A stretch of DNA of 46,129 nucleotides, taken from positions 1 to 46,129 of the forward strand of contig CAZRFG010000001.1 of the NCBI GenBank assembly GCA_964599205.1. Direction: 5' to 3'. Both the position numbers and the translations under genes were made by a program. The DNA comes from an uncultured Victivallaceae bacterium. Lineage in GTDB: Bacteria; Verrucomicrobiota; Lentisphaeria; Victivallales; Victivallaceae. This document shows, in pieces, positions 1-9,674 of the stretch; within the stretch, counting starts at the first letter, position 1; each line of letters opens with the position of its first letter. A model generated the notes under the pieces. It searched no databases. It saw only the letters and a program-made list of their open reading frames with translations, and was not told where the DNA came from.

Positions 1-57
1 GTAAGTATGGACGTCGACGGCAAGCGCATCGACAAGTGGCTGCCGATCGAGGAGTGA
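1..57 (+). CDS. 3' end of an upstream ORF cut by the window edge (..VSMDVDGKRIDKWLPIEE*)
   Basis: Frame is open from base 1 to TGA at 55-57. Too short to assign a family. Confidence 0.3.
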   Translation, partial: VSMDVDGKRIDKWLPIEE

Positions 58-396
58 CGCCCCCCGGAGCCCGCTGCCGCGAAAATCGGTCCGATGGCGT
101 TTGACCCGTTCACGCCAGGCGGACGGTTGCGTCATGCCGTCAAGCCGGCGGGTTTGAGTTGGCCCCCGGCAGCGGCAGCGGCCGGGCCGGGGCAGACGGT
201 CCGGCGGCGGTCAGGATATCCTTCCCCGTCAATCTTCCTTTGCGGCGAATGACCCGGCCGGGCGCGGTTGGGGGTCGCCCGCCCCGTTGCCCTTTTGGCG
301 CATCGGTTTTCCCTTCCTGCATGCTTTCCTTCGCAGATGCGGCACCGCATCGATATTTCATTTCAGCGGAATCAGGACAAACGCCGAAACGGCTTT

Positions 397-436
397 GTCT
401 TTTTTTGTCTTTTTTTGTATCTTTTTGTTCTTTTCG
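397..436. repeat. Four helically phased 10-bp T-tract units just upstream of a promoter
   Basis: GTCTTTTTTT (397-406), GTCTTTTTTT (407-416), GTATCTTTTT (417-426), GTTCTTTTCG (427-436). Each unit starts with GT and carries a T-run at 10-bp periodicity. Confidence 0.8.
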
Positions 437-438
437 CC

Positions 439-467
439 TTGACATCAAAGATTTCTTTTGCTATAAT
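439..467 (+). promoter_or_regulatory. sigma70-type promoter with perfect consensus hexamers
   Basis: TTGACA (439-444), 17-nt spacer, TATAAT (462-467). It lies 42 nt upstream of the ATG at 509. Confidence 0.7.
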
Positions 468-508
468 TAAAAAAAAGAACCAACAAGCGCAAAGAAAAAG
501 GACCGATC

Positions 509-3211
509 ATGGTTTTGAAAGCTGCCCCGCCGCCGAAACGCCAGCGCGTTGCCAACGCGATTACCGAAAGCATCGTCAACGGCCAGCTGCCGCCCGGCGG
601 CAGACTCGCCACGGTGCGGGAGATGTCCACCTATTTTGAGGTCAGTCCTTCCGTAATCCACCGGGCCTTGAAAGATCTGGTCGACGACGGCATGATCGAA
701 TGCCGCGGGGCACAGGGCTTTTATGTTTGCGAAGGCATGAATCCGCCGGCGTCCGCGGCGGAACCGGCGGCCGTCGCGACGGAAGTTCCGACCGACAGCC
801 GGGTGTTCCTTTCGCTCGGCCACCACTCCGACCTGGTCTGGCAGTTGCCCTATGCGGGATACGACGCGATCCGCGAAAAGCAATTCGACACCCTGCTGCG
901 CCACCTCGACCGCCACGAAAATTGTCACATCTACGTCGAACAGGCCGAATTGCTGCGCCGCTACCTCGACGCCCATCCGGAAATCCTGGAAAAATTCCGC
1001 GCCGCCGCCGCGTCCGGCCGCCTGGCGCTGACCGGAGGAGACAGCATTCCGGATCTCAATTTGTGCTGCGGCGAGTCGCTGGTGCGCAACCTGCAAGCCG
1101 GACGCGCCTATTACCGGGACACATTCGGCGTCGAGGTCAGGATCGCATGCGAAAACGACGCGTTCGGGATGTGCGCCCAGCTGCCGCAAATATTGGTCAA
1201 GTCGGGTTACGAATTTCTGCTTCCCGGCCGCCGCCCGGCATTTCCGCGCGAAGTTCCCGGCAACGTGCCGTTCCGCTGGCGGGGCGCCGACGGCAGTGAG
1301 ATCATCGTCACCCCGGCAACCGAATTCGTCAGCCATATCGGTTATTCGATCAACCTGCCGGTTGTCCATTCCGAGCTCGAACAGCTCCGGGAGTCGATCT
1401 TGGAAGTGCGCAACAGCGATTACCCCGGCGATATTTTCGTTCAGTACATGACCGAACTCGAACCGCTGCGCGAAGAGATTTTCGGCATCGTCGACGCCGC
1501 CAACCGGGCCGACGGCGTCAGGATGGTCGAATTCGGCTCCGTATACGATTACTGCGCCCGGATCGACGCCAGGAAAATTCCGGTTGTGCATGGTGAATTC
1601 AATCCCACCTTCACCGGATGCTACACCACCCGCATCGGCGTCAAACAAGCCGTCCGCCGCGTTGAAAATCTGCTCTTCGCCGCCGAAATGCTCGCCGCCG
1701 GCGTTGGGTGCACCGTCGACTGCCGCGAGGCCTGGCATGATTTGAGCCTGGCTTCATTCCATGATGCGGTCTGCGGCTGCCATACCGATGCGGCCAATCT
1801 TGACATCATGGCCAAACTAACTTCGGCGCAGGCATTTGCCGAAGAAACGCTGGCGCGATGCGGCGGGCAAACCGGAAGCGGGTTCCGAGTCATGCAGCCG
1901 GCGGCCGAAGACGGTCCGGCGCTGGTCGAATTTACGTCATCGCAAGATCTGCGGATCGGTGATTTCCCGGTACAGCGCACCGGCGACACCCTCGCGTTTG
2001 TCGCGCCGCTGCCGGGCTGCGGCATCGCGGCGTTTGACGCCGCTCCCGGCGCGATGGAGCCGGAACTGCCGTGCGGAGCTGAATTTGCCACCGACTGGTT
2101 CAAGGTCGACTTTTCCACTCCGCACCCGCTGATCCGGCGATCCGGAATGGACTCCCAGTCCTGCTTGAATCCGGGCTTCGGCGAAATCATTTTCCGGCAC
2201 GAAACCGGGTCGATGTGGAGCGAGGAATTGCAAAGTCCATGGTTCGGCCGGGCCCACACCCGCGAAACCGTGCAATCGATTCAGCGCGGCGCGGTCTTTT
2301 ACCGCGTCGTGACCGAGGGCGAGGCGCTGCCGTTCCCGTCGAAGAACGGCGCGCTGGAACCCTGCTGGGCGGGTTTCGGTTCGCTCAAGTTCCGCAAAGA
2401 ATACCGGTTTTTCCATACGCTCGACTATTTCACGCTGAAGCTTACGCTGGAATGGCGGGGCAGCAACACCAAAATCGCATTGCGCCTGCCGCTGGCGCTC
2501 GATCCGGCCAATACGCAGTTCCTCTGCGACGTGCCGTTCGGGGCGCAGGCCCGGCAGCCCTATTTCGAGGTGCCGCGCCAGTTGGCCGCGCAGCGCCGGG
2601 TATTCACAGCGGAGACCTATCGCCATGCCGCCGGGGACTGGCCGGTGCTGCACTGGGTGGATTGCGCCGACGATGCCGCCGCGCTGGCGGTGGCCAACGA
2701 CGGCGTGCCGGGCTGGCAGTGGAACGCCGGCGCGCTGCTGGCGAGCCTGCTGCGCAGCGGCACCAAAATTGCCGACGGGATGATGCAGCCGCAGCCGGGC
2801 GCGCTGGACAACGGAATCCACGAATACGAATTCGCCTTCAGGCCGCATTCCCCGCTGGAGCCGGAAACCGCCCCGGCGCTCGGCCGCGTCCTCAACCGCA
2901 AACCGGTGGCGTTCCCGGGGCTCGGCAAGGTGGACGGCGAAGCCAGGCGCATGGTGGAGTTCAACCGCGCCAATTTGACTTTGTCGAGTTTACGCCGGGT
3001 CGACGGCGGCTGGGTGGTTCGCGTCTACGAAAATCTGGGCCACCGGACCCAGGCTTGTTTGCGCAGCGATTACGGCGCATTTCAACTTTTCGAATCCGAC
3101 CTGACCGAACGCGAGTGGGTTGTATGCGACAGCCGTAATTTAAGTTTCAAGCCTCTCGAGATCAAAACTTTAAAACTCGTCTTCGACGAAGGAAGGAAAA
3201 TGCTCGAATGA
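509..3211 (+). CDS. GntR-family winged-HTH domain fused in frame to a GH38 alpha-mannosidase-like enzyme (900 aa, cytoplasmic)
   Basis: N-terminal ~75 aa read [61 protein letters not shown] (GntR HTH pattern). An Ala/Pro linker follows, then GH38 hallmarks: [10 protein letters not shown] (metal H-x-D), [11 protein letters not shown] and [15 protein letters not shown] (nucleophile Asp). No stop codon separates the two parts. Confidence 0.8.
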   Translation: MVLKAAPPPKRQRVANAITESIVNGQLPPGGRLATVREMSTYFEVSPSVIHRALKDLVDDGMIECRGAQGFYVCEGMNPPASAAEPAAVATEVPTDSRVFLSLGHHSDLVWQLPYAGYDAIREKQFDTLLRHLDRHENCHIYVEQAELLRRYLDAHPEILEKFRAAAASGRLALTGGDSIPDLNLCCGESLVRNLQAGRAYYRDTFGVEVRIACENDAFGMCAQLPQILVKSGYEFLLPGRRPAFPREVPGNVPFRWRGADGSEIIVTPATEFVSHIGYSINLPVVHSELEQLRESILEVRNSDYPGDIFVQYMTELEPLREEIFGIVDAANRADGVRMVEFGSVYDYCARIDARKIPVVHGEFNPTFTGCYTTRIGVKQAVRRVENLLFAAEMLAAGVGCTVDCREAWHDLSLASFHDAVCGCHTDAANLDIMAKLTSAQAFAEETLARCGGQTGSGFRVMQPAAEDGPALVEFTSSQDLRIGDFPVQRTGDTLAFVAPLPGCGIAAFDAAPGAMEPELPCGAEFATDWFKVDFSTPHPLIRRSGMDSQSCLNPGFGEIIFRHETGSMWSEELQSPWFGRAHTRETVQSIQRGAVFYRVVTEGEALPFPSKNGALEPCWAGFGSLKFRKEYRFFHTLDYFTLKLTLEWRGSNTKIALRLPLALDPANTQFLCDVPFGAQARQPYFEVPRQLAAQRRVFTAETYRHAAGDWPVLHWVDCADDAAALAVANDGVPGWQWNAGALLASLLRSGTKIADGMMQPQPGALDNGIHEYEFAFRPHSPLEPETAPALGRVLNRKPVAFPGLGKVDGEARRMVEFNRANLTLSSLRRVDGGWVVRVYENLGHRTQACLRSDYGAFQLFESDLTEREWVVCDSRNLSFKPLEIKTLKLVFDEGRKMLE

Positions 3212-3966
3212 AAAAGAGGGCTTTTACTTTGATCGAATTGCTGGTGGTGATCGCGATCATCGCGATTCTCGCCGCCATGCTGCTGCCGGCCCTGAACCAG
3301 GCCCGGGACAGAGCCCGCGGCATCAAATGCGTCAGCAATCTCAAGCAGTTGACCGGAGCGATCCTTTCCTATGCCGGCGACTTCGACGATTATCTGCCGG
3401 GCGCGTGGCAGGCGGGACAGGGCTTTGCGCCGGACAGCTGCGTCGGCTGGTGGTACAGCTGCGTCATTCCGTATATCGGACTGAGCAAGGATAATTCAGC
3501 GACCCGCAAGAACAAGAATACGGTTCTCCAGTGTTCCAGCGACCGGCGCGAAGCCGTCGCCGGGGTCAGCTACGGCATGAACGGATTCATCGCCGCAACC
3601 CTGCCGGCCACCGTCTCCGGCTACTCGCGCCGCAAGCTCGGGATGGCGAAAAAAAGCTCCAGAACGATGATCCTGATCGACACGTACGGCATCAAGAACG
3701 GGAAAAAATACGGGTATGAAGACCCCTACAGCATCAATGCCAGCAGCAATACCACGCTGTTCGCCGCCAATGAAGGCGTCTCGCTCGGCGATTTCCGCCA
3801 CCACGGACAGATCAACGCCGGTTTTCTCGGCGGCAACTCCGAATCGCTGACTTTCCATGCCTTGCGCGATCGCTACGCGGACCGCGACAGCAGCGAAGTG
3901 GGAGAAACCGGCGACACCTCAAGTTTCTGGGGGAAAACCGTCAACGGCAAGAATGCGGGATTCTGA
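3208..3966 (+). CDS. Prepilin-type N-terminal cleavage/methylation domain protein, H-X9-DG-like family
   Basis: N-terminus [30 protein letters not shown]-terminal [18 protein letters not shown] resembles the RH-X9-DG motif, with Asp replaced by Gly. ATGA start/stop overlap with the upstream gene. Confidence 0.8.
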   Translation: MKKRAFTLIELLVVIAIIAILAAMLLPALNQARDRARGIKCVSNLKQLTGAILSYAGDFDDYLPGAWQAGQGFAPDSCVGWWYSCVIPYIGLSKDNSATRKNKNTVLQCSSDRREAVAGVSYGMNGFIAATLPATVSGYSRRKLGMAKKSSRTMILIDTYGIKNGKKYGYEDPYSINASSNTTLFAANEGVSLGDFRHHGQINAGFLGGNSESLTFHALRDRYADRDSSEVGETGDTSSFWGKTVNGKNAGF

Positions 3967-4034
3967 ACTGCTTCCGCAACATTCAACCAAATCACCGGCT
4001 TAAAAAAACAATTTACGGCAAAGGAAACCCGATT

Positions 4035-4634
4035 ATGAAAAAAATGACCTGGATTCTCGGTTGCGGCGTACTGCTGAGTTTGAGCGTGCCGGCGGCCGAA
4101 GTGGTGGACGTCAACGGCTCATTTGAAAAGATTCAAGCCATGCCGGATGTCCATGTCAAAGCGCTCAAAGAAAAGGGATTTACCCTCAGCTTCCCCAAAA
4201 ACAAGTGGATTTCCTCGTGGGAAATCAACCCCGCGATGAATCCGGCCACGGTGACTCTGATCAATGAGGACGCCCCGGACGGCAAACGCTTCATCCGCAT
4301 CTGCTCGGTCAAGCCGACCCACTTTGCGCAAGCCAACGGACTGCTCGAAAACCGGGCCTATACGGTCAGCTTCATGGCGCGCGGTGAAGGCGTGACCAGC
4401 GACGACAACCTCTACGATCCGGCCGTCAAACTGATGGCGTACACCTACGTCGCCAAATCGGCTCCGAAAAAGTGGAAGAGCAGCACCGAATTCGAACGCT
4501 TCGACCTCGAGAACAAGTGGCAGGAGTACACCGTCAAGATTCCGGCCAGATTCCCGGATGAAGACATCGCCCTGGTCTTCGAAACCGTCGGCCAGATCGA
4601 TCTTGATCAGGTCAAAGTCACCGTCGCGGAATGA
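4035..4634 (+). CDS. Secreted jelly-roll (CBM4/9- or LamG-like) protein, function unknown
   Basis: Signal peptide MKKMTWILGCGVLLSLSVPAAE. The ~180-aa body ends in IDLDQVKVTV, as many carbohydrate-binding jelly-roll modules do. Confidence 0.55.
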   Translation: MKKMTWILGCGVLLSLSVPAAEVVDVNGSFEKIQAMPDVHVKALKEKGFTLSFPKNKWISSWEINPAMNPATVTLINEDAPDGKRFIRICSVKPTHFAQANGLLENRAYTVSFMARGEGVTSDDNLYDPAVKLMAYTYVAKSAPKKWKSSTEFERFDLENKWQEYTVKIPARFPDEDIALVFETVGQIDLDQVKVTVAE

Positions 4635-7600
4635 ACCGAAGCTTTTTCGAAAACGGAATTTTTTTCATGAAATTTTTGCTGTCGTGGTTTTTCCTGGCCC
4701 TGCTCCTCGCCGGTGCGCCGGCGGTTGACGCCAAAGAATCGGTATTGTTCCTGGCGGCGCGCGAATGGAACACCACCTTCAGCCTCCACACCTACGACGA
4801 GGGGGTGGAGGCGGGGTATGAGGTGAAGGTCGGCACCTATGCCGATATCCGGAGTTTCGCCGACCTCAAAAAATTCAACGTCGTGGTCATCAACAGCATG
4901 CCGCTGATCAACAGCGACGGCAAAGTCCAGCCCGAACAGGCGGTCTTTGAAACCCCCTGCAAGGAATACCTCGAAAAAGGCGGCTCGGTCATCTTCAATT
5001 GCGCCGGCGGCGAGTGGAGCAAGGGCGTCCCCGCGATGAACAGCTTCCTCGCGCCTTATGGCGCCAGAATTCATGAGGAGCAGCTGGTCGACGTCGCCAA
5101 CTTCATCGGCAAAACCGACAAAATCGGCGCGTTCCACTCCACCCGGCAGATCAAGCCGCATGAATTGACCAAAAACATCAAAATGCTCGGCTATCCCGGC
5201 GTCGCCACCCGCGCCGATGCGATGAAAACCGCCAGTCCGCTCACCTTCAGCGATGAGAACGCCTGGACCGTGCTCGCCACCGGCGAAAAGACCGCGATGT
5301 CGGTCAAGGCCGCCGAACCGGGGAACAGCCCGCGGCTGGAGAAAACCGGGGCGACCTATCGCTCGCTTCCGGTCTACCTCGCCGTCCGGAACGTCGGCAA
5401 GGGTATACTGCTCGCCGATGGGGTGAACAGCGCCTTTTCCAGCGCTTCGCCGGAAATCTTCAACCATATGTTGTGGCGCAAAGACGATATGACGACCCCC
5501 GATCTGCCGCAGAACCGCTCGTTCCTTTTGCAGGCGGTCAAAATTCTGGCCGGCCGCAGCGCGGCGCAGGGCTTCGGCGGCTTCGTCGCGGACCCCGGTT
5601 TTGTCCCCGACAGCAAGCATGTGCTGAAAGGCAAATCGACCGACTGGAGCAAAGTGCCGCCGCTTCTCAAAAGCCTGCCCGATTTCGATGCGATGCCGGG
5701 GCTGGTCGGCGCCCAGTCGACGTTCAGCGGCGGCCGGTTCGCGGTCGCCGAAATGGCGCAGGCCGCCCGCAAAAGCGGCCTCAAATTTCTGGTTTTCACC
5801 GAAAAACTGGAAATGATGAACCCGGAAAAGTGGAAGGAGCTCAAAAAAGCGTGCGCCGCCGCTTCGGATGACCATTTCCTTGCGATTCCCGGTTTGCTGA
5901 GCCGCGACCGGATCGGCAACACCTGGTTTGCCTTCGGCGCGGTCGCCAATTTCCCGCAGCCCCCCTCGATCACCCGCGACGGCAAGTGGATGGACAACGT
6001 CTATCAGTTCAACGCCAAGAACTTCGGCTTGCGCATGACCGGCTACGCCTACGCCGGCAAAAATCCGAATCCATGGTCGGAGATGCGCCAGTGCTCCGGC
6101 TTCCCGGTTTTCACCTGGCTCAACGGCAAAGAGGAGGACGACGCCCTCGGCGACTTCTTCAAAAGTTGCTGGAACATGGAGTCGATGATCCCGTTCAGCG
6201 TGACCTTCGTCGACTCTCCCGCGGCAATCGCCGCCACGGCGGCCAATGCCCCGCTCAATATCTTCACCGGCGAATACGCCGAGGAACTGGCCGACTACTC
6301 GATCGGGCAGGGATTCGGCTCCGGCCATACCGAGTCGCCCAAAAAGTGGTATCTCGCGACCCAGGACGGTCCCCGGCTCGGCCAGTTCGGCGCCGTCTCC
6401 GGCGGCTTCGGCGTCAATATCCCCGCGGAAAACCGCAGCGCCCTCGCCTTCCGTCTCGAGAAACTCCGTCCCGGCGATATCGTCAGGCTCCACGACGGCG
6501 AAAAAGTGCTTCGCCAATGGGTGATCGGGTCCGAAACACAACTCAAAACCGAGTTCCGCTGGCCGGTTGAACAGATCCGTATTCCGCTGCTCACCGTGGA
6601 GCGGGAAAAACGCCCGGTGCTGGTGAGTTCCGGTCTTCCGCTGCAGTTCGGTTCCTTTTACAACCAGTGCGGCGACCGGCAGAACACCATTCCCTACGTC
6701 TATTTGCCCGATGCGCACGGCAACGTCAACGTCTCCGGCACCCCGATCGAGATGAAATACCGCGAATGGGCCCCCAACGTGCTGGTTTATGCGCCGGTCA
6801 AAGTCTGGGCCGCGACCGCGATCGGGCTGGAAATCGGGGCGCAGATTTTCTCCAGCTGGTCCGGCGGCGTGCAGATTCCGATCAAGGGCGAATTGCAGGA
6901 GCGGCGGCAGAGTCTTTCGAGCTTTCATTACCCGGTGATGTCTTCGGTGGATATGATGATCGTCGACGACATCGCCGGGCGGATTCACCCGAACGGAAAA
7001 ACCCATCTGGGCGACTGCTATCCGCCGCAGCAGACCGAACCCCTGCGGACATTCAATTACACGGCGCGCAAATACGCGATTTACGGCCGGATCAAAGAGG
7101 GCCAGGTCAATGGCCAGCTGCTCGAAGGCACGATTCGCATCCTGCGCGACATCGAGCTGGAGAATCCCTATATTGAAGTCGCCGTCGCCAACATGGCAAG
7201 CGCGACCCACGGCGAGTACCGCGTCAACGGCAACGTCAAAAACATCACCTTCGGCAATGCCCCCGACCGTAATCTCAACCTCAAACTGGCGGCCGGCGAT
7301 TATTTCGGCGTCTATCCGTTCGGCCTCACCAACGGCGGCGGCGTTTTCGCGGTCAGCGACAATGTGTTCGCTTCGGCGAAAAACGACGCCTCCAGTTTGA
7401 CCTTCAAAATCCGGGTGCCGACCAAACTGGCCAAGGGCGGGGTGATCCGCTATGCGCTGCTCTTTACCAACGGTGGTTCGGTGCCGGTCCGGCTGGAGTC
7501 GGATTATCTGCGCATCCGCAAGCATTTCGGCTTTGACGGTTCATTTCCGGCGCTGGAGTCGGTGGAGGACGCCGAGCTCAACCCCGCCTCGCGGGTGATG

Positions 7601-8023
7601 CCGGAGATCAAGGCCGATCCGGCCAGGGCGCTGACCGTGCGCACCCGGGCGACCCCCGAGGCGCCGACCGGACTGCCGCTGCGCATCACCGGGCTCCATC
7701 CCCGGCGCACGGTCGCCTATCGGCTCAACGACGAGCCGTTCCTGCGCTTTGCGGGCAACGACGGACAAGATTACTATACTCATCTGTATGTCGACCAGAA
7801 GCCCAATCGGCTTGTGCTCGGGCATCCGGTGACCGCCGACGATCCGGAGATCGTCATCACCCTCAACGATTTCAGCGGAAAGTACCAGGACTTTGAAGTC
7901 TACAATCCGACCAATGACGAGCGGAGCGTCACGCTGCGCGCCAACCCCGCGCTGACCGGCAGGGAATGGAGCCGGACGCTGAAGCTGGCCCCGCTCCAGA
8001 AAGAGATCGTATCGGTCAAGTGA
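4631..8023 (+). CDS. Large secreted protein of unknown function (about 1120 aa)
   Basis: The ATG at 4631 overlaps the upstream stop (ATGA). An alternative ATG at 4667 starts directly with the signal peptide MKFLLSWFFLALLLAGAPAVDA. The N-terminal ~130 aa look like a class-I glutamine-amidotransferase/ThuA-like fold (low confidence). The opposite-strand 972-aa ORF is a GC artefact. Confidence 0.75.
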   Translation: MNRSFFENGIFFMKFLLSWFFLALLLAGAPAVDAKESVLFLAAREWNTTFSLHTYDEGVEAGYEVKVGTYADIRSFADLKKFNVVVINSMPLINSDGKVQPEQAVFETPCKEYLEKGGSVIFNCAGGEWSKGVPAMNSFLAPYGARIHEEQLVDVANFIGKTDKIGAFHSTRQIKPHELTKNIKMLGYPGVATRADAMKTASPLTFSDENAWTVLATGEKTAMSVKAAEPGNSPRLEKTGATYRSLPVYLAVRNVGKGILLADGVNSAFSSASPEIFNHMLWRKDDMTTPDLPQNRSFLLQAVKILAGRSAAQGFGGFVADPGFVPDSKHVLKGKSTDWSKVPPLLKSLPDFDAMPGLVGAQSTFSGGRFAVAEMAQAARKSGLKFLVFTEKLEMMNPEKWKELKKACAAASDDHFLAIPGLLSRDRIGNTWFAFGAVANFPQPPSITRDGKWMDNVYQFNAKNFGLRMTGYAYAGKNPNPWSEMRQCSGFPVFTWLNGKEEDDALGDFFKSCWNMESMIPFSVTFVDSPAAIAATAANAPLNIFTGEYAEELADYSIGQGFGSGHTESPKKWYLATQDGPRLGQFGAVSGGFGVNIPAENRSALAFRLEKLRPGDIVRLHDGEKVLRQWVIGSETQLKTEFRWPVEQIRIPLLTVEREKRPVLVSSGLPLQFGSFYNQCGDRQNTIPYVYLPDAHGNVNVSGTPIEMKYREWAPNVLVYAPVKVWAATAIGLEIGAQIFSSWSGGVQIPIKGELQERRQSLSSFHYPVMSSVDMMIVDDIAGRIHPNGKTHLGDCYPPQQTEPLRTFNYTARKYAIYGRIKEGQVNGQLLEGTIRILRDIELENPYIEVAVANMASATHGEYRVNGNVKNITFGNAPDRNLNLKLAAGDYFGVYPFGLTNGGGVFAVSDNVFASAKNDASSLTFKIRVPTKLAKGGVIRYALLFTNGGSVPVRLESDYLRIRKHFGFDGSFPALESVEDAELNPASRVMPEIKADPARALTVRTRATPEAPTGLPLRITGLHPRRTVAYRLNDEPFLRFAGNDGQDYYTHLYVDQKPNRLVLGHPVTADDPEIVITLNDFSGKYQDFEVYNPTNDERSVTLRANPALTGREWSRTLKLAPLQKEIVSVK

Positions 8024-8104
8024 GACGCGCTTGCCCGGCGGCTTGAGCCGACGCCGGGATTGGCGCGCCGCCGGCCGCCCGCAAACACCGCGACAGAAAG
8101 GGAT

Positions 8105-8842
8105 ATGCCGTTGAGCTTGAAAATCGTGTTGATCATGCTCTGCGGTCTCGGCCTCGCCGCCGGGGCCGCGGCCGGACCGCTGCAGCACCGGGCGCCTTTT
8201 GCCGCCGGGACTGCGGCCGAACTCGGGGACGCGACCCATCCCGCCTGGAAAAGCGCGCCCGCGCTGCCGTTTCGCCCGGCCGGACTGGAGGATCCCGCGC
8301 TCGAAGAAGGCGGGCAGGTGCGTTTTCTCTGGAATGAGGATTTTCTCTTCATTTTCGCCGAAATGACCGACTCCGACCTGGTGCAGGAGGCGGAGGCCGA
8401 CGGCGACTTTCTTTTCCGCAGCGGAGATGTGGTGGAAATTTTCATCCGCCCGCCGGGAGGGCGCTGCTACTGGGAACTCCATTTTGCCCCCAATGGCCGC
8501 CGGAGCTCGTACTTTTTTCCGTCGCGGGGGCGCTGGCTGGCGAGCTGTTATGTCGGAACGCCGTTGCCCGGCTTCCGGGTCAAACTTGGACTCGATGGGA
8601 GTTTGAACAACGAAACCGGCCGCGACCGCGGCTGGCGCGGCATCGCCGCCGTCCCGCTGGCGGAGCTCAAACGCAAAACCGGCGACCTGGACTTCAGCCG
8701 CCCCTGGCTGGTGCAAGTCTCGCGCTACAACTACTCCGCCTACCTCGAGCGCATGGAGCTCAGCCAGCTCGGCACTCCGGTCACCCCGAATCCCGACTTC
8801 CATCAGTTCGATTCCTGGCTCCGGCTCGCTCTCGTCCGCTGA
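8105..8842 (+). CDS. Secreted protein, possibly a CBM9-like carbohydrate-binding domain
   Basis: ATG at 8105 preceded by AAAGGGA. Signal peptide MPLSLKIVLIMLCGLGLAAGAAAG. The FLWNEDFLFIFAEMTDSDL..GDVVEIFIRP..YWELHFAPNG pattern recalls CBM9/DOMON-like sugar-binding modules. Confidence 0.55.
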   Translation: MPLSLKIVLIMLCGLGLAAGAAAGPLQHRAPFAAGTAAELGDATHPAWKSAPALPFRPAGLEDPALEEGGQVRFLWNEDFLFIFAEMTDSDLVQEAEADGDFLFRSGDVVEIFIRPPGGRCYWELHFAPNGRRSSYFFPSRGRWLASCYVGTPLPGFRVKLGLDGSLNNETGRDRGWRGIAAVPLAELKRKTGDLDFSRPWLVQVSRYNYSAYLERMELSQLGTPVTPNPDFHQFDSWLRLALVR

Positions 8843-9674
8843 AGATCGAACCCCGGCCGGGCAGTTGCGGCCTTCGCCGGTTCGTTCCAGCGTTCGGCGC
8901 CGAAAGGGCGGCCCGGGGTGGCGGCAAAGACGATCCGCAGAGAAGATTGAGTGTGCTGCAATATCGTCAGTCGGGACCTTTGGGGTTTTCCATTTTTCGG
9001 CCAAGCCGCGAACCGTTGCCGCTGTCGCCGGTCCACTCCGCACCGATGGAGGGACGCGCCCCGGCGGCGAGGTTGCGATATGGCGTCCGATGCGTACCTG
9101 TCGCCTCGGGGCGAAGTGGACGACAACCTTTTTAACTTCAGATGTGCATCGAAAAACCGATGTTTTGGGGTACAAGAATAATCATAAAAAAATCAATAAG
9201 CATTTTCGAAAATTGAGCTCGATCCCCGTCGGGTCTTCTCCGGCGCGTGCTCCGGCCAGGCAAAAATGGAAGCGCAGTTTGATGGTCGAGAGTACGGCGT
9301 GCCTCTTCTGCCGGAGAAATAAAGAAGGGACCTGCCGGCACGAAGCTCTTTGCGAGTTTACGACTCCCCGCCTCTCTTGTCCCGGTTGCCGCAGACCTCA
9401 TGCGATGCGAAGACCGCTTTTCAGCGCCAGTGCCAACTGGCCGCAGGAACCGCCGATCCGGAGTTGAAGGCGATGGCACCAACGGTCCGGGGTAATTTGG
9501 ACGGCATTTGTCTTGCCGGAGAGATCAGCAATGCCCCCAAGGTTCCGTCGCGCCGCACCCTACCGGAACTGGTGAAGAGGTACGGGATGGCGACTCCGAC
9601 TTCGAGTTCCCGCGCCCCGGCGGCATACCGTGCCCGAACCCGCCGGGGCGGGTTGGTTTGCGAATCACGTCTTT

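Noticed and set aside
4607-7525. 972-aa ORF on the minus strand, opposite the large secreted-protein gene
   Set aside because: Its composition is dominated by G/A/R/D/E/V runs. It has no recognisable start context, and it lies antisense to a gene with a signal peptide and natural composition. This is a typical stop-free antisense frame of GC3-rich coding DNA.
8843-8880. GATCGAACCCC, which resembles the reverse complement of a tRNA/tmRNA T-arm
   Set aside because: Read on the minus strand (GGGGTTCGATC), it has no complementary closing stem, no acceptor stem and no CCA context. It is not a tRNA or tmRNA 3' end.
9636-9653. AACCCGC-CGGG-GCGGGTT hairpin just downstream of the minus-strand Cys-motif gene, considered as its terminator
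   Set aside because: On the minus strand the stem is followed by TTCGGGCACGG, which is not a U-run. On the plus strand the trailing GGTTTGCG is only marginally T-rich. It is not convincing as a terminator.
8843-9674. Possibility that the gap encodes RNase P RNA, tmRNA, SRP RNA or 6S RNA
   Set aside because: I looked for hallmark strings on both strands and found none: GAGGAAAGTCCGGGC and ACAGAAnCCGGCTTA for RNase P, GGGGCTGA..TCCACCA for tmRNA, and the SRP GGAA/AGCA loop context. The region is kept only as an unexplained gap.
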